Assembly (NCBI GenBank): GCA_031426815.1
Contig: JASJPG010000027.1
Coordinates: 15,814 to 79,813 of the forward strand
Direction: 5' to 3'
DNA length: 64,000 nucleotides
Origin: Hydrogenophilaceae bacterium
GTDB taxonomy: Bacteria; Pseudomonadota; Gammaproteobacteria; Burkholderiales; Thiobacillaceae
Shown: in pieces, positions 48,836 through 60,221 of the stretch
How positions within the stretch are numbered: position 1 is the first letter of the stretch
Layout: each line of letters opens with the position of its first letter
Made by a program: the position numbers and the translations under genes
Notes under the pieces: model-generated
What the model was told of the DNA's origin: nothing
The model's database searches: none
The model's input: the letters and a program-made list of their open reading frames with translations, nothing else

Positions 48836-49852
48836 TTACTGCGCAGGTGCCGCGGCAGGTGCAGCAGCGGTCTCGGCAGCAGCTGCATCGACCGGAGCCA
48901 CTTCAGGCACGGCAGGTGCGGCAGGCGCCGGTTGCTGACCACCACCCAAACCCCAGACGTAGGCCGACAGCAGATGCACCTTGTTCTCGCCCAGCAACTC
49001 GAGCTGCGCAGGCATACCGCCCTTGCGACCCTTGACGATGCTTTCGATGATCGCTGCTTCGGTGCCGCCATACTGCCAGGCATCGTCGGTCAGGTTCGGG
49101 AATCCGGCAGCAGCCATGCCTTTGCCATCTTCGCCGTGACAACCCGCGCAAGCGGCAAATTTTTCCTTGCCGGTTGCGGCCAGCGCGGCGTCATGCGGCT
49201 TGCCGCCAAGCGACAGCACATAGTTGGCCACTTCCTTGGCGCCCTGTGCATCACCCGCCAATCCACCCGGCATTTCAGCAATGCGGCCGTTGGCGATACT
49301 GGCCTTGACATCATCCGGCGCACCGCCGAACAGCCACTTGCCATCCGTCAGATCGGGGAAGCCGCTAGCGCCCTGGCCGCTGGAACCGTGACACTGCGAG
49401 CAGTAAGTCAGGAACAGATGTTCGCCCATTTTCTTGGCGTCGGGATCGGCAGCTACCGCCATCAGATCCTTGCCGGAAAATGTCTGGAATACCTTGTCGA
49501 ACTCGGCATCAACGCGGGTCTTTTCGTCTTGCCATTCCTGCGCGGAAGACCAACCTAAAGTACCTGCAAATTTACCCAGACCGGGGTAAATGACCAGATA
49601 AACGATACCGAACACGATAAGGCCGTAGAACATCCACATCCACCAGCGCGGCAGAGGGCTGTTCAGTTCCTGCAAATCGCCGTCCCAGACGGGATGCATC
49701 AGTTCGGCTTGCTCGCCCGGGGCAAGCGGCTTCAGGCTGCTCTGGCTCTTTAACAACCAGAGCGAAAACAGAATGCCCGCGACTGTGATGGCAGCGATGT
49801 AGTAATGCCAGAAATCGCTGATGAAGTCGGGTACTGCATAACCTTCAATCAT
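48836..49852 (-). CDS. ccoP: cbb3-type cytochrome c oxidase subunit III (diheme)
   Basis: Contains CSQCH and CAGCH. The C-terminal tail of about 35 aa is Ala/Pro-rich. Confidence 0.92.
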   Translation of the reverse strand: MIEGYAVPDFISDFWHYYIAAITVAGILFSLWLLKSQSSLKPLAPGEQAELMHPVWDGDLQELNSPLPRWWMWMFYGLIVFGIVYLVIYPGLGKFAGTLGWSSAQEWQDEKTRVDAEFDKVFQTFSGKDLMAVAADPDAKKMGEHLFLTYCSQCHGSSGQGASGFPDLTDGKWLFGGAPDDVKASIANGRIAEMPGGLAGDAQGAKEVANYVLSLGGKPHDAALAATGKEKFAACAGCHGEDGKGMAAAGFPNLTDDAWQYGGTEAAIIESIVKGRKGGMPAQLELLGENKVHLLSAYVWGLGGGQQPAPAAPAVPEVAPVDAAAAETAAAPAAAPAQ

Positions 49853-49893
49853 GTGTCTCTCCTAATGAACCGACTATTGAAATCGACGCGTAG

Positions 49894-50055
49894 TCAATCT
49901 GGTTTGCGGGCCTCAACGGCATCTTCCTGAAACGGGAGGTTGCCGGCATCTTCAAACTTCTTCTTGTTGCCACCGTAAAACGCCCATACCAGGATGGCGA
50001 TAAACAAAATGAAGAAGACGACAGTCACGATAGAACTGAGGAGGCCCGCATCCAT
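49894..50055 (-). CDS. ccoQ: cbb3-type cytochrome oxidase subunit CcoQ
   Basis: 53 aa single-TM protein between ccoO and ccoP. I chose the start at MDAGLLSS. Confidence 0.7.
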   Translation of the reverse strand: MDAGLLSSIVTVVFFILFIAILVWAFYGGNKKKFEDAGNLPFQEDAVEARKPD

Positions 50056-50056
50056 A

Positions 50057-50668
50057 TCACTTGGCCTTGGGTGCGTGGGTGCCCAGCACTTGCAGATAGG
50101 CGATAAGCGCATCCATCTCGGATTTGTCTTTCAACATTTCCGGCGCGGCGGCAATTTCTTCGTCCGTGTAGCCATGACCAACCACATTCAGCGTCTTCAT
50201 CTTGGCCTGAACATTGTCGGCATCTGCTGCGGCGTCAGCCAGCCAGGGGTAAGCGGGCATATTCGACTCGGGCACCACGTCACGCGGATTCATCATGTGG
50301 GTGTAATGCCAGTTATCGGAATAACGGCCGCCGACACGATGCAAGTCGGGACCGGTACGCTTGGAACCCCACTGGAACGGACGGTCGTAGACGAACTCGC
50401 CGGCCACGGAGAAGTGGCCGTAACGCTCGGTCTCGGCACGGAACGGACGCACCATCTGCGAATGGCAGTTGTAGCAGCCCTCGCGGATGTAGACATCGCG
50501 CCCGGTCAATTCCAGCGCGGTATAGGGCTTGAGGCCCTCAACCGGTTGAGTCGTCGATTTCTGGAAGAACAGGGGCACGATCTGGACCAGACCACCGATG
50601 GACACGACAACGAAGGTCAGCACCATCAGCCAGCCGATGTTCTTTTCTAGAGCCTTATGCGAAAACAT
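50057..50668 (-). CDS. ccoO: cbb3-type cytochrome c oxidase subunit II (monoheme)
   Basis: 203 aa with [14 protein letters not shown]. Confidence 0.95.
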   Translation of the reverse strand: MFSHKALEKNIGWLMVLTFVVVSIGGLVQIVPLFFQKSTTQPVEGLKPYTALELTGRDVYIREGCYNCHSQMVRPFRAETERYGHFSVAGEFVYDRPFQWGSKRTGPDLHRVGGRYSDNWHYTHMMNPRDVVPESNMPAYPWLADAAADADNVQAKMKTLNVVGHGYTDEEIAAAPEMLKDKSEMDALIAYLQVLGTHAPKAK

Positions 50669-50686
50669 ATTCAGTCTCCTTGTTCA

Positions 50687-52135
50687 TTAGGCCGCAACGG
50701 CTTCGGGGATGCGGGCATCGTTGACGGCTTTACCCGCTGCGATGGTCTTCCACACGTTGTATGCCATCAGCAACATGCCGACGAAGAACAAGCCGCCGCC
50801 GATCAGTCGAATGGTATAGAACGGATACATGGCATTGACCGACTGGGCGAAGCTGTAGGTCAGCGTGCCGTCAGAGTTGGTCGCGCGCCACATCAGGCCT
50901 TGTGCGACACCGGCGATCCACAATGCGGCGATATACAGAACGACGCCGATGGTGGACATCCAGAAGTGGGTGTTGATCATCTTGACGCTGTACATCTCTT
51001 CACGGCCGAACAGGCGCGGGATGAGGTGATACAGGGAACCGATCGAAATCATCGCCACCCAGCCCAGTGCGCCGGAGTGAACGTGACCAACAGTCCATTC
51101 GGTGTAGTGAGACAGTGCGTTGACGGTCTTCACGGACATCATCGGACCTTCAAAGGTCGACATACCGTAGAAGGACATCGCGGTGATCAGGAACTTCAGG
51201 ATCGGATCGGTACGCAGCTTATGCCAAGCGCCGGACAGAGTCATGATGCCGTTCATCATGCCGCCCCAGGAGGGAGCAATCAGCATCAGCGAGAACACCA
51301 TGCCGAGAGACTGTGCCCAGTCAGGCAGCGCGGTGTAAAGCAGATGGTGCGGGCCGGCCCACATATAGATGAAGTTCAGCGCCCAGAAGTGAACGATGGA
51401 CAGACGATAGGAGAAGATCGGGCGACCGGCTTGCTTGGGGATGAAGTAATACATCATGCCCAGGAATGCCGTGGTCAGGAAGAAGCCGACCGCGTTATGG
51501 CCGTACCACCACTGCACCATGGCGTCATGCACACCGGCATAGGCGGAATAGGACTTCCACCAGACACCGGCGCCGCCCAGAATCCAGGGCAACTCGGCGC
51601 TGTTGACGACGTGCAGCAGCGTGATGGTGACGATGTAAGCACCGAAGAACCAGTTAGCCACATAGATGTGCTGGGTCTTGCGCTTGATGATCGTGCCGAA
51701 AAACAGCACTGCGTAACCGATCCATACCACCGCGATCAACAAGTCGATCGGCCATTCCAGTTCGGCGTACTCCTTGCCGGTGGTGATGCCCATCGGCAGA
51801 GTTACCGCAGCCAGCAAGATGATCAGTTGCCATCCCCAGAACACGAAGGATGCCAGACCATCAGATAGCAACCGGGCTTGGCACGTGCGCTGCACGATGT
51901 ACAGCGAAGTGGCAAACAAGGCGCAACCACCGAAGGCGAAAATAACCGCGTTGGTATGCAAAGGACGAATCCGCCCGTATGAGAGATAGGGAGCCAGAGG
52001 CCCCAGAGCTTCGGTTAGTGTGGGCCAGATGAGTTGGGCGGCAAGAATGACGCCCACCAACATCCCGACAATTCCCCATACGACAGTCATGATGGCGAAT
52101 TGGCGGACGACCTTATAGTTGTATGTTGCTTCCAT
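50687..52135 (-). CDS. ccoN: cbb3-type cytochrome c oxidase subunit I
   Basis: 482 aa polytopic heme-copper oxidase with conserved His-rich helices ([18 protein letters not shown]). Confidence 0.96.
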   Translation of the reverse strand: MEATYNYKVVRQFAIMTVVWGIVGMLVGVILAAQLIWPTLTEALGPLAPYLSYGRIRPLHTNAVIFAFGGCALFATSLYIVQRTCQARLLSDGLASFVFWGWQLIILLAAVTLPMGITTGKEYAELEWPIDLLIAVVWIGYAVLFFGTIIKRKTQHIYVANWFFGAYIVTITLLHVVNSAELPWILGGAGVWWKSYSAYAGVHDAMVQWWYGHNAVGFFLTTAFLGMMYYFIPKQAGRPIFSYRLSIVHFWALNFIYMWAGPHHLLYTALPDWAQSLGMVFSLMLIAPSWGGMMNGIMTLSGAWHKLRTDPILKFLITAMSFYGMSTFEGPMMSVKTVNALSHYTEWTVGHVHSGALGWVAMISIGSLYHLIPRLFGREEMYSVKMINTHFWMSTIGVVLYIAALWIAGVAQGLMWRATNSDGTLTYSFAQSVNAMYPFYTIRLIGGGLFFVGMLLMAYNVWKTIAAGKAVNDARIPEAVAA

Positions 52136-52212
52136 ACGGGTCTCCTTAAGCGTTACAGGCTGGGTTGAAAAACTAACGCCGAATAAACGACATTCAAATC
52201 CTAAATAGACAC

Positions 52213-52226
52213 TTGATATAAGTCAA
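52213..52226 (-). promoter_or_regulatory. FNR/Anr-type box TTGAT-ATAA-GTCAA
   Basis: 9 of 10 match to TTGAT-N4-ATCAA. It is centred about 85 nt upstream of the ccoN ATG and overlaps the ccoS stop codon. Confidence 0.65.
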
Positions 52227-52423
52227 CGAGTGCTTACATCTTCTGCTTGGTCTTGCGACAAACTATTGCTACTTTGTTTGGGCAACTCGTCATCCATGAG
52301 TATGCGATGTGCTGGACCCTCCATATCTTCGAACTGACCGCTTTTTACGGCCCACAGGAACACAAGCGCGATGGCCGCGACAAAAACCAGACTGAGCGGG
52401 ATTAGCAAATACAGGATGTCCAT
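52223..52423 (-). CDS. ccoS: cbb3 oxidase maturation protein CcoS/FixS
   Basis: 66 aa starting MDILYLLIPLSL, with SGQFEDMEGPAHRIL. Confidence 0.8.
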   Translation of the reverse strand: MDILYLLIPLSLVFVAAIALVFLWAVKSGQFEDMEGPAHRILMDDELPKQSSNSLSQDQAEDVSTR

Positions 52424-52504
52424 AGGCTGGCTTTATTGAGTGGCGGCATGGTATTTGTGACGTAGGGCACAGAGATAATCAATATTCTTTATGGCTTGAG
52501 GCCA

Positions 52505-54937
52505 TCACGTCTTGCTGATGCGCGCCAACCGCATCGCGTTGAGTACAACCAGCAATGAAGACAACGACATACCGATGCCAGCCATCCAAGGCGTCACATA
52601 GCCCATCGCAGCAGCTGGAATAGCCAACGCATTATAAAACACCGACCAGGCCAGATTCTGGCGAATCACGCTCTGGGCCTTGCGTGCCAGCCTGACACCA
52701 TCGGCCAGACGGCCGATCTCGCTCGACAGCAACACCATATCCGCCGCCGCCTGCGCCGCTTCCGCACCCTGATCGACCGCGATGGAGACTTGCGCCTGCG
52801 CCAGCACCGGTGCGTCGTTGACGCCGTCGCCGGTCATCGCGACGATGGCTCCGCCTTGCTGCATGGCCCGCACAGCGGCGAGCTTGTCCTGCGGCAACAT
52901 GCCGCCATGCGCATCGTCGATGCCGAGTTCACGCGCCATCGCCTGCACGTTTTCGGCGCGGTCGCCGGAATAGAGGTGCAAGCGAACGCCGAGCGACTTC
53001 AGTTCGTCGATCAATTGATGCGCCTGCGCCCGGGGTGTATCGCCCAGCGCAAACCAGGCCAGCACACCGGCATCGTCGGCCAGGCCGACCAGCGAAGCGC
53101 CAACCTGGAAGCGGCCTTGCGCCGGTGCTGTGCCAAGAAACTCCGGTGCGCCCAGACGATACGTCCTGCCCGCGACCTGGCCGGTGACGCCGCGACCCGG
53201 AACATAGCTCAGGTTGTCCGCAGCCAGCGTCGAAACGCCCGCGGCTTCGCGCAATGCCGCTGCCAGCGGATGCGTCGCGCCTTGCTCCAGCGCATGTGCA
53301 AGCGCCAGTACCTGCGTCCTGTCCGTGCGCAGCACTTCCATATCCAGCAAGCTGAATTTGCCCGTGGTCAAGGTTCCGGTCTTGTCGAAAACAAAATCCG
53401 TCGCGTGCGCCAGGGTTTCCAGCGCATGGCCGCGGGTGGACAACAAGCCCAGCCGGGTCAGCCGCCCCAACGCCGCCGTCAGCGCCGCCGGTGTCGCCAG
53501 CGCCAGCGCGCAAGGGCAGGACACCACCAGCACTGAAACGGTGATCCAGAACGCGCGCGACGCATCGACCACGTACCAGATACCGGCGACGCTGGCCGCC
53601 ACCAGCAACAACGCGAACACAAACCAGCCGGCGACGCGGTCGGCAATCTTGGCCAGGCGCGGCTTCTCGGCCAGCGCGCGATCAAGCAGACGCACGATGC
53701 CGGACAGCACCGTATCCGCGCCCACCTTCTCCACCCGCACCACCAGCGGACTCTCCAGATTGATGGTGCCGCCGATCACCATGCTGGCGGCATGTTTGGA
53801 AACCGGCAGCGACTCGCCAGTCAGCAACGACTCGTCGACGCTGGACGCCCCTTCGACGACGCTGCCATCGGCCGGAAAACTCTCGCCCGGGCCGATCAGC
53901 ACATGGTCGCCGGCAACCAATTTGACCGCCGCCACGATTTCCTCATCGCGCGTTGCCGGGTAGCCCGGCAGACGCATCGCCGCCGCCGGGATCAGCTTGA
54001 TCAAACTCTCCGCCGCCTCGGCCGAACGTTTGCGCGCGCTCATTTCGAGGAAGCGGCCGGTGAGCAGGAAGAATACGAACATGGTCACCGCATCGAAGTA
54101 CACCTCCTCGCTACCGGTGAAGGTGCCATAGATGCTGGCCAGATAGGCCGCGCCGACGCCGAGCGCGACCGGCACATCCATCCCCGCCCGCTTCAGTTTC
54201 AGATCGCGCCAGGCGCCCTGAAAGAACGGCCAGGCGGAATAGAACACCACCGGCGTGGTCAGCATCAAACTGGCGAAACGCATCAGCGCCTGGATGTCGC
54301 TGGTCATCGTGCCCTCGCCCGCCAGATAGGCCGGCACCGCATACATCATCACCTGCATCATGCCCAGGCCGGCGATGGCCAGGCGGCGAATCGCGGTATT
54401 GCGCTCCTTGCGGAACAGTTCCTCCTGGCGGCCGGAGTCGAACGGATAGGCCAGATAGCCGATGTCCTGAATGCTCTTCAGGATGTCGGAAAGCTTGATG
54501 CGGCTGTCATCCCAGCGCACGCGCGCACGGTGCGTCGAAAAGTTGATATCCGCCGCCAGCACGCCCGGCAACTGATGCAGATGGCGTTCGTTGAGCCAGA
54601 CGCAGGCGGCGCAGACGATGCCTTCCAGAATCAGGTTCGCCTCGCGGGTCTGGCCATCCGCGCCTTCGCTCTTGACGAAGCTGCTCTGCACTTCCGGCAG
54701 GTCGTACAGCTTGAGGTTCTTCAACTCCTCCAGCGCGGCCTCCGCCGTCTTCGGCAGATCGGTGCGCAGCCGGTAGTAATCGGCATTGCCGGAATCGATG
54801 ATGGTCTGCGCTACTGCCTGACAGCCGATGCAGCACGCCGGCTCGTTGGCGCCTTGATAAAGGATGAAATACTGGGCGCCGACAGGCACCGGTTCGCCGC
54901 AATGGAAGCAGGCGGCGGCTGCGTTGGATTCGGTCAT
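52505..54937 (-). CDS. ccoI: Copper-translocating P-type ATPase CcoI/FixI
   Basis: Contains CFHCGEP at the N-terminus, SCPCAL, DKTGTLT and GDGVNDAP. I chose the start at MTESNAAAA. Confidence 0.9.
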   Translation of the reverse strand: MTESNAAAACFHCGEPVPVGAQYFILYQGANEPACCIGCQAVAQTIIDSGNADYYRLRTDLPKTAEAALEELKNLKLYDLPEVQSSFVKSEGADGQTREANLILEGIVCAACVWLNERHLHQLPGVLAADINFSTHRARVRWDDSRIKLSDILKSIQDIGYLAYPFDSGRQEELFRKERNTAIRRLAIAGLGMMQVMMYAVPAYLAGEGTMTSDIQALMRFASLMLTTPVVFYSAWPFFQGAWRDLKLKRAGMDVPVALGVGAAYLASIYGTFTGSEEVYFDAVTMFVFFLLTGRFLEMSARKRSAEAAESLIKLIPAAAMRLPGYPATRDEEIVAAVKLVAGDHVLIGPGESFPADGSVVEGASSVDESLLTGESLPVSKHAASMVIGGTINLESPLVVRVEKVGADTVLSGIVRLLDRALAEKPRLAKIADRVAGWFVFALLLVAASVAGIWYVVDASRAFWITVSVLVVSCPCALALATPAALTAALGRLTRLGLLSTRGHALETLAHATDFVFDKTGTLTTGKFSLLDMEVLRTDRTQVLALAHALEQGATHPLAAALREAAGVSTLAADNLSYVPGRGVTGQVAGRTYRLGAPEFLGTAPAQGRFQVGASLVGLADDAGVLAWFALGDTPRAQAHQLIDELKSLGVRLHLYSGDRAENVQAMARELGIDDAHGGMLPQDKLAAVRAMQQGGAIVAMTGDGVNDAPVLAQAQVSIAVDQGAEAAQAAADMVLLSSEIGRLADGVRLARKAQSVIRQNLAWSVFYNALAIPAAAMGYVTPWMAGIGMSLSSLLVVLNAMRLARISKT

Positions 54938-54947
54938 GCGCGCAAGT

Positions 54948-55760
54948 TTAACCGGCCGCAACGGCCGGCCGCGCTTCCAGCCGATTCGCCAGCGCCGCGA
55001 ACTCGGCAACCGACAAGGTCTCGCCGCGCCGACGCGGATCGATGTCCAGTTCTGCAAACAGCGCGTCGTCCACCCAGCCTTTCAAGGTATTGCGCAGCGT
55101 CTTGCGGCGCTGGCCGAAAGCCCGCGCCACCACCTCGGCAAACACCTTGGCATCGCGATACGGCACTGCCGCCAACGGCAACGGCACCAGTCGCACGATG
55201 GCCGAATCCACCTTCGGCGGCGGCTGGAACGCGCCCGGCGGCACGGTGAACAGCTTGGTCACTTTGAAACGCGACTGCAGCATCACCGAAAGCCGGCCGT
55301 AATCCGGCGTATCGGGCGCGGCCGCCATGCGGTCCACCACTTCCTTCTGCAGCATGAAGGTCATATCGATGATCGATTCCGCGCTCGTCGCCAGATGAAA
55401 CAGCAGCGGCGAAGAAATGTTGTAGGGCAGATTGCCGACCACGCGCAGCGCCGGACCCAGGCTGGCGAAGTCGAACACCAGTGCATCCACCGAATGAACG
55501 CTGAGGCGCTCGGCCGGAAACTCGGACTGCAGGCGCGCCACCATCTCGCGGTCCACTTCCACCACATCCAGATGCGGCAGCGTCTGCAGCAACGGCCGCG
55601 TCAGCGCGCCGGGACCGGGACCGATTTCCACCATGCGGTCGCCGGCTTCCGGCCGGATCGCCGCGACGATGCGCGCGATGTAATGGCTATCCACCAAAAA
55701 ATGCTGGCCCAGCGCCTTCTTGGCTTTCGGCAAAGGCTGTCGCGTTGCAGTCATGCTCAT
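54948..55760 (-). CDS. rsmA: 16S rRNA (adenine1518/1519-N6)-dimethyltransferase
   Basis: Contains LGQHFLVD and [11 protein letters not shown]. The ATGA start overlaps the pdxA stop. Confidence 0.93.
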   Translation of the reverse strand: MSMTATRQPLPKAKKALGQHFLVDSHYIARIVAAIRPEAGDRMVEIGPGPGALTRPLLQTLPHLDVVEVDREMVARLQSEFPAERLSVHSVDALVFDFASLGPALRVVGNLPYNISSPLLFHLATSAESIIDMTFMLQKEVVDRMAAAPDTPDYGRLSVMLQSRFKVTKLFTVPPGAFQPPPKVDSAIVRLVPLPLAAVPYRDAKVFAEVVARAFGQRRKTLRNTLKGWVDDALFAELDIDPRRRGETLSVAEFAALANRLEARPAVAAG

Positions 55761-56734
55761 GCCGCCATCCGATAATCCGCCATCACCCATGCCGTCTCGA
55801 TTGCCACGCGCAAACTGCCCGGGTTGACCGCACCGGTCCCCGCCAGATCAAGCGCGGTGCCGTGATCGACCGAAGTCCGGATGATCGGCAGCCCCAACGT
55901 GATGTTGACGCCCTCGCCGAAACTCGCGTGCTTCAGCACTGGCAAGCCCTGATCGTGATACATCGCCAGCACGGCATCGGCCGTCGCCAGGTTCTTTTGC
56001 TGGAACAAGGTATCGGCCGGCAGCGGGCCGACCAGATCAATCCCTTCGCCGCGCATCTGCTGCAAAACGGGTTCGATCACCTCAATCTCCTCATGCCCCA
56101 GATGGCCGCCCTCGCCGGCATGCGGATTCAACCCGGCCACCAGAATGCGCGGTTCGGCGATGCCGAAATCACGCTGCAAAGCGGCATGCAGTATCCGCAA
56201 GGTTTCCAGCAGACTCTCCTGCGAGATCGCATCCGCCACCTCGCGCAAGGGCAAGTGCGTCGTCGCCAACGCCACGCGCATGCCACCGCCGGCCAGCATC
56301 ATCACCACCCGGGGCGTCCCGGTCAGCTCGGCCAGAAACTCGGTATGGCCGGTAAAGGTAATGCCGGCCTCATTGATCACGCCCTTGTGCACCGGCCCGG
56401 TCACCATGCCGGCGAATTCGCCGCTGACACAACCCGCCAATGCTCGGCGCAAGGTGTCCAGCACATAACGGCCGTTGGCGGAATCGAGTCGCCCCGGCAC
56501 AACCGGCGCGACCACCGGCATGTGCAGCACGCTCAACGGCGTTTCATCGCCCGGCGCATAATCCGGCACGGCAAAGGGCAGGCCTAGTTGCGCCGCCCGC
56601 ACCGCCAATACATCGCGGTCGGCCAAGATGACCAGGCGCCCGGCAGCGGGGATCTGCGCCAGCAGAACGCACAGATCCGGACCGATGCCGGCGGGTTCGC
56701 CGGCGGTTAGAACGAGGGGAGGTAAATTGGACAT
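55757..56734 (-). CDS. pdxA: 4-hydroxythreonine-4-phosphate dehydrogenase
   Basis: Contains [16 protein letters not shown] and SVDHGTA motifs. I chose the start at MSNLPPLV. Confidence 0.93.
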   Translation of the reverse strand: MSNLPPLVLTAGEPAGIGPDLCVLLAQIPAAGRLVILADRDVLAVRAAQLGLPFAVPDYAPGDETPLSVLHMPVVAPVVPGRLDSANGRYVLDTLRRALAGCVSGEFAGMVTGPVHKGVINEAGITFTGHTEFLAELTGTPRVVMMLAGGGMRVALATTHLPLREVADAISQESLLETLRILHAALQRDFGIAEPRILVAGLNPHAGEGGHLGHEEIEVIEPVLQQMRGEGIDLVGPLPADTLFQQKNLATADAVLAMYHDQGLPVLKHASFGEGVNITLGLPIIRTSVDHGTALDLAGTGAVNPGSLRVAIETAWVMADYRMAA

Positions 56735-56821
56735 GGATCTATCGATATGAGTGAAAACGCTTGGGGATGTGGCCTCCCCCTTTGCAAAGGGAGGAACCCC
56801 AGCCAATCCGCCTCCCAAATG

Positions 56822-56851
56822 AAAAGGGCGGCCAGATCGCCCCGGCCGCCC
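56822..56851 (-). terminator. Rho-independent terminator
   Basis: On the minus strand: GGGCGGCC-N10-GGCCGCCC followed by TTTTCATTT, after the BI-1 stop. Confidence 0.7.
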
Positions 56852-56870
56852 CGTATCACACGAAAACCGC

Positions 56871-57578
56871 TTAATCGCGTTCGCCCATGAAGGCCATCAG
56901 CAATTGCAGCAGGTTGACGAAGATGTTGTAGATGTCCAGATAGATCGCCAGCGTCGCCATCACGTAGTTGGTCTCGCCGCCGTTCACCACACGGCTCACG
57001 TCATACAGCAGGAAGCCGGAGAACAGCAGAATCGCCACGGCGGAAAGCGTCAGCGCCAGCGCGGGAATCTGGAAGAAGATGTTCGCCAGGCTGGCCAGAA
57101 TCAGCAGAACGATGCCCACCATCAGGAATTTGCCTAGGAAGCTGAAATCCTTCTTGGTGGTCGTCGCAATGCCGGCCAGGGTCAGGAAGATCGCGCCGGT
57201 ACCGCCGGCGGCCAATCCAACGATCTCGCCGCCATTACTCAGATTCAGCGCCACTTGCAGAATCGGCCCCAGCATGACGCCCATGAAACCGGTCAGCGCC
57301 AGCAGCAGAACCACGCCCAGACCGCTGTCTTTGGTGGCATTGATGCCGAAGAACAGACCCATCATCACCGCCAGCATGCCGATAGCGAACATGAACGGAT
57401 GCTCGGCCGCGAAAGCGAAATTCAGGCTCATGCCGATGTACGCCCCGATCACCGTCGGGATCATCGTCAAACCCAGCATCATGTAGGTATTGCGCAGAAC
57501 CTTGTTGGTCTGTTCGACGCTGGTTGTCCCCCCTATGGCGCCGTCCATACGCACGACATTGTCGAATTTGTTAGCCAT
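56871..57578 (-). CDS. Bax inhibitor-1/YccA family membrane protein
   Basis: 235 aa with seven hydrophobic helices. The pattern [15 protein letters not shown] is typical of the family C-terminus. Confidence 0.85.
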   Translation of the reverse strand: MANKFDNVVRMDGAIGGTTSVEQTNKVLRNTYMMLGLTMIPTVIGAYIGMSLNFAFAAEHPFMFAIGMLAVMMGLFFGINATKDSGLGVVLLLALTGFMGVMLGPILQVALNLSNGGEIVGLAAGGTGAIFLTLAGIATTTKKDFSFLGKFLMVGIVLLILASLANIFFQIPALALTLSAVAILLFSGFLLYDVSRVVNGGETNYVMATLAIYLDIYNIFVNLLQLLMAFMGERD

Positions 57579-57712
57579 CGAAATACTCCGATACGGTTGA
57601 AAACGGGGGTAAGACTACTGATGAAGCGGAAGAGTTTCAACGTCATAGGCAAGATAGCGACGCAAAGACCGGCTCCTGTAGAATTCCGGCTTTTCGTGCA
57701 ACCCCCAAAATC

Positions 57713-58939
57713 ATGGCGCTAATTGTTCAGAAATACGGCGGCACCTCGGTGGGCTCCATCGAACGCATCCGCAACGTCGCGGAGCGCGTCGCCAAATTCA
57801 AGATGCTCGGGCATCAAGTCGTGGTCGTACTTTCCGCCATGTCCGGCGAGACCAACCGACTCATCGCCCTGGCCAATGAAATCCAGAAAGAACCGGACCC
57901 GCGCGAGATGGACGTCCTCATCTCCACCGGCGAACAGGTCACCATCGCTCTGCTCGCCATGGCGCTGAAAGACCTCGGCCTGAAAGCCCGCAGCTATACC
58001 GGCACCCAGGTCCGCATCGTCACCGACGACGCCCACACCAAAGCGCGCATTCTCTCCATCGACGAGGAAAAACTGCGCGCCGACCTCGACAGCGGCCATG
58101 TCGTCGTCGTCGCCGGCTTCCAGGGCGTCGACCAGAACGGCAACATCACCACGCTCGGACGCGGCGGTTCCGATACCACCGGCGTCGCCCTCGCGGCCGC
58201 GTTGAAGGCCGACGAATGCCAGATCTACACCGACGTCGACGGCGTCTACACTACCGACCCGCGCATCGTCCCGGAAGCCCGCAAGCTGGACGCCATCACG
58301 TTCGAGGAAATGCTCGAACTCGCCAGCCTGGGTTCCAAAGTGCTGCAGATCCGCTCGGTCGAATTCGCCGGCAAATACAAAGTCAAATTGCGCGTGCTCT
58401 CCAGCTTCCAGGATGAAGGCGAGGGCACCCTGATCACCTTCGAGGAAGAAAGCATGGAACAACCCATCATCTCCGGCATCGCCTTCAACCGTGACGAAGC
58501 CAAGCTCACCGTCCAGGGCGTGCCCGACAAACCCGGCATCGCCGCCCTCATTCTCGGCTCCGTCGCCGATGCCAACATCGACGTCGACATGATCGTGCAG
58601 AACGTCGGCGCCAATAACACCACCGACTTCACCTTCACCGTGCATCGCAACGAATTCAAGAAAGCGATGGAAGTGCTCGACAAGGTCAAGGATGAAATCG
58701 GCGCGCGCGAAGTCATCGGCGACGACAAGATCGCCAAGATCTCCCTGGTCGGCATCGGCATGCGCACCCACGCCGGCGTCGCCAGCAAGATGTTCGGCAC
58801 CCTCGCCGCGGAGAACATCAACCTGCAGATGATCTCAACTTCCGAAATCAAGATTTCCGTTGTCGTCGAAGACAAGTACATGGAACTCGCGGTGCGCGCC
58901 CTGCATCAGGCCTTCGAGCTCGATAAAGCGGCACCCTGA
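57713..58939 (+). CDS. lysC: Aspartate kinase
   Basis: Starts [14 protein letters not shown], followed by two C-terminal ACT domains. Confidence 0.95.
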   Translation: MALIVQKYGGTSVGSIERIRNVAERVAKFKMLGHQVVVVLSAMSGETNRLIALANEIQKEPDPREMDVLISTGEQVTIALLAMALKDLGLKARSYTGTQVRIVTDDAHTKARILSIDEEKLRADLDSGHVVVVAGFQGVDQNGNITTLGRGGSDTTGVALAAALKADECQIYTDVDGVYTTDPRIVPEARKLDAITFEEMLELASLGSKVLQIRSVEFAGKYKVKLRVLSSFQDEGEGTLITFEEESMEQPIISGIAFNRDEAKLTVQGVPDKPGIAALILGSVADANIDVDMIVQNVGANNTTDFTFTVHRNEFKKAMEVLDKVKDEIGAREVIGDDKIAKISLVGIGMRTHAGVASKMFGTLAAENINLQMISTSEIKISVVVEDKYMELAVRALHQAFELDKAAP

Positions 58940-59015
58940 GCATTCCGGCGTTGCTTTAGAAAGCCCGCGCAGGTATCCTTGCTCGGCTTTTTTCGGCTCC
59001 GGCCAAAAAGAGTTT

Positions 59016-59108
59016 GGAGACGTGGCCGAGTGGTCGAAGGCACACCCCTGCTAAGGGTGCATCCGGTCAAAAACTGGATCCAGGGTTCGAATCCCTGCGT
59101 CTCCGCCA
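59016..59108 (+). tRNA. tRNA-Ser (anticodon GCU)
   Basis: I folded the cloverleaf by hand. Acceptor GGAGACG/CGTCTCC, anticodon loop CUGCUAA, long variable arm, T-arm CAGGG-TTCGAAT-CCCTG, encoded CCA. Confidence 0.95.
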
Positions 59109-59175
59109 GAATCAGGCAAATAGCAGTAATGACCTTGCCAAACGGCGCGATTTCCTTATAATTCGCGCCTCTTCA

Positions 59176-59252
59176 GCGCCCGTAGCTCAGTTGGATAGAG
59201 TACCTGGCTACGAACCAGGGGGTCGTGGGTTCGAATCCTGCCGGGCGCACCA
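59176..59252 (+). tRNA. tRNA-Arg (anticodon ACG)
   Basis: Acceptor GCGCCCG/CGGGCGC, anticodon stem CCTGG/CCAGG with loop CUACGAA, TTCGAAT T-loop, encoded CCA. Confidence 0.95.
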
Positions 59253-59261
59253 GTAAGAACA

Positions 59262-59297
59262 ACGGCTTAGACAGCAATGTCTAGGCCGTTTCCTATT
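59262..59297 (+). terminator. Terminator hairpin after tRNA pair
   Basis: ACGGCTTAGAC-AGCAAT-GTCTAGGCCGT with one G.U pair, followed by TTCCTATT. Confidence 0.55.
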
Positions 59298-59351
59298 GTG
59301 CCTCTGAAAAGGGGAACGATTAGGGGAACACTTTGCTTTTCCTCGTTACTC

Positions 59352-59502
59352 TGGCTAGCCGAACAATCCGACTTCCCTTCTGATGTCTGCGAAAGGCACT
59401 GGCGCTCACCATCAAGATTGAAGCTTGTGTACCGGCAGGCATTTGTTCGAGAAGCGCATGGAGTTGATGGACGCTTGGGCGGGCTACGCGGTGCCGGTGT
59501 GA
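59352..59502 (+). pseudogene. C-terminal remnant of a tyrosine integrase (frameshifted)
   Basis: WLAEQSDFPSDVCERHW...LVYRQ, then a +1 shift, then HLFEKRMELMDAWAGYAVPV and a stop. This matches the conserved tail W.AE...FP.EV.E..L.H....V..AY.R..LFEKRR.LM..WA.Y of tRNA-island integrases. About 350 N-terminal codons are missing. Confidence 0.55.
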
Positions 59503-59540
59503 ATGCCTAACAATGTCAAGGACAAGAGAATAGGAACCCG

Positions 59541-60221
59541 GTGATGATCAAGGTCAAGGAACTGTATCTACCTATTGAGGATGCTGCAAAAGCAGCTCAG
59601 TGCACAGTGAGAGCGTTATTACAGCGGGGAGCTGAGGGCACTATCCCGATCTACGTCCAGCTTGGCCCTATCGCGTATACAGATATCTACGTGTCTAACC
59701 GAGAACCAAATGGTGGGATGTCTGAACTAGTAAAAGGCACGGTTAGCGACATTACCCAAGAATTCTATCCAACGGCTCGTGGCCAGTTTCGCCTGACTCC
59801 ACGTTGTGTGGAAAACCATCTGCAATCCCCTAAGACAGCTGAGTTGGAGATCGAGCATTACGTATTTGATGAGGAAGGTCAGTTGATAAAGTACTGGCGC
59901 CTTACTAACTTTTTGCTCGAAAGAATACTTGTTCAACCGTTGCTCGTGATGACAGATGACCTGAAAAAAACAGGTCTGCTGCCGGACGACACAAACACCT
60001 CCCTGCTCAAGTTCATTGATGATCCTAGGTGGCCTGATGAGCTTCAATTGGCAATAACAGTATGGGAAGAAGCCTGCATAAAATTTGGCCCACCAGATCG
60101 CCCTAAAGTCTTCATGATGGAGTGGCTTGAGAGCAAACATCCAGAGCTTTCAAAAGACCAAATCGAGCGAATCGCAATGATCGCAAACTGGAACAAGAAG
60201 AGCGGTAGGCCAGCAAGATAA
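59541..60221 (+). CDS. Hypothetical protein (island remnant)
   Basis: 226 aa ORF in the AT-richer segment. I recognise no family. The N-terminal 30 aa look HTH or excisionase-like. Confidence 0.5.
   Translation: MMIKVKELYLPIEDAAKAAQCTVRALLQRGAEGTIPIYVQLGPIAYTDIYVSNREPNGGMSELVKGTVSDITQEFYPTARGQFRLTPRCVENHLQSPKTAELEIEHYVFDEEGQLIKYWRLTNFLLERILVQPLLVMTDDLKKTGLLPDDTNTSLLKFIDDPRWPDELQLAITVWEEACIKFGPPDRPKVFMMEWLESKHPELSKDQIERIAMIANWNKKSGRPAR

Noticed and set aside
57579-57712. A lysine riboswitch or leader upstream of aspartate kinase.
   Set aside because: I could not find the conserved L-box helices or a terminator/antiterminator pair by eye. It would need cmscan to exclude properly.
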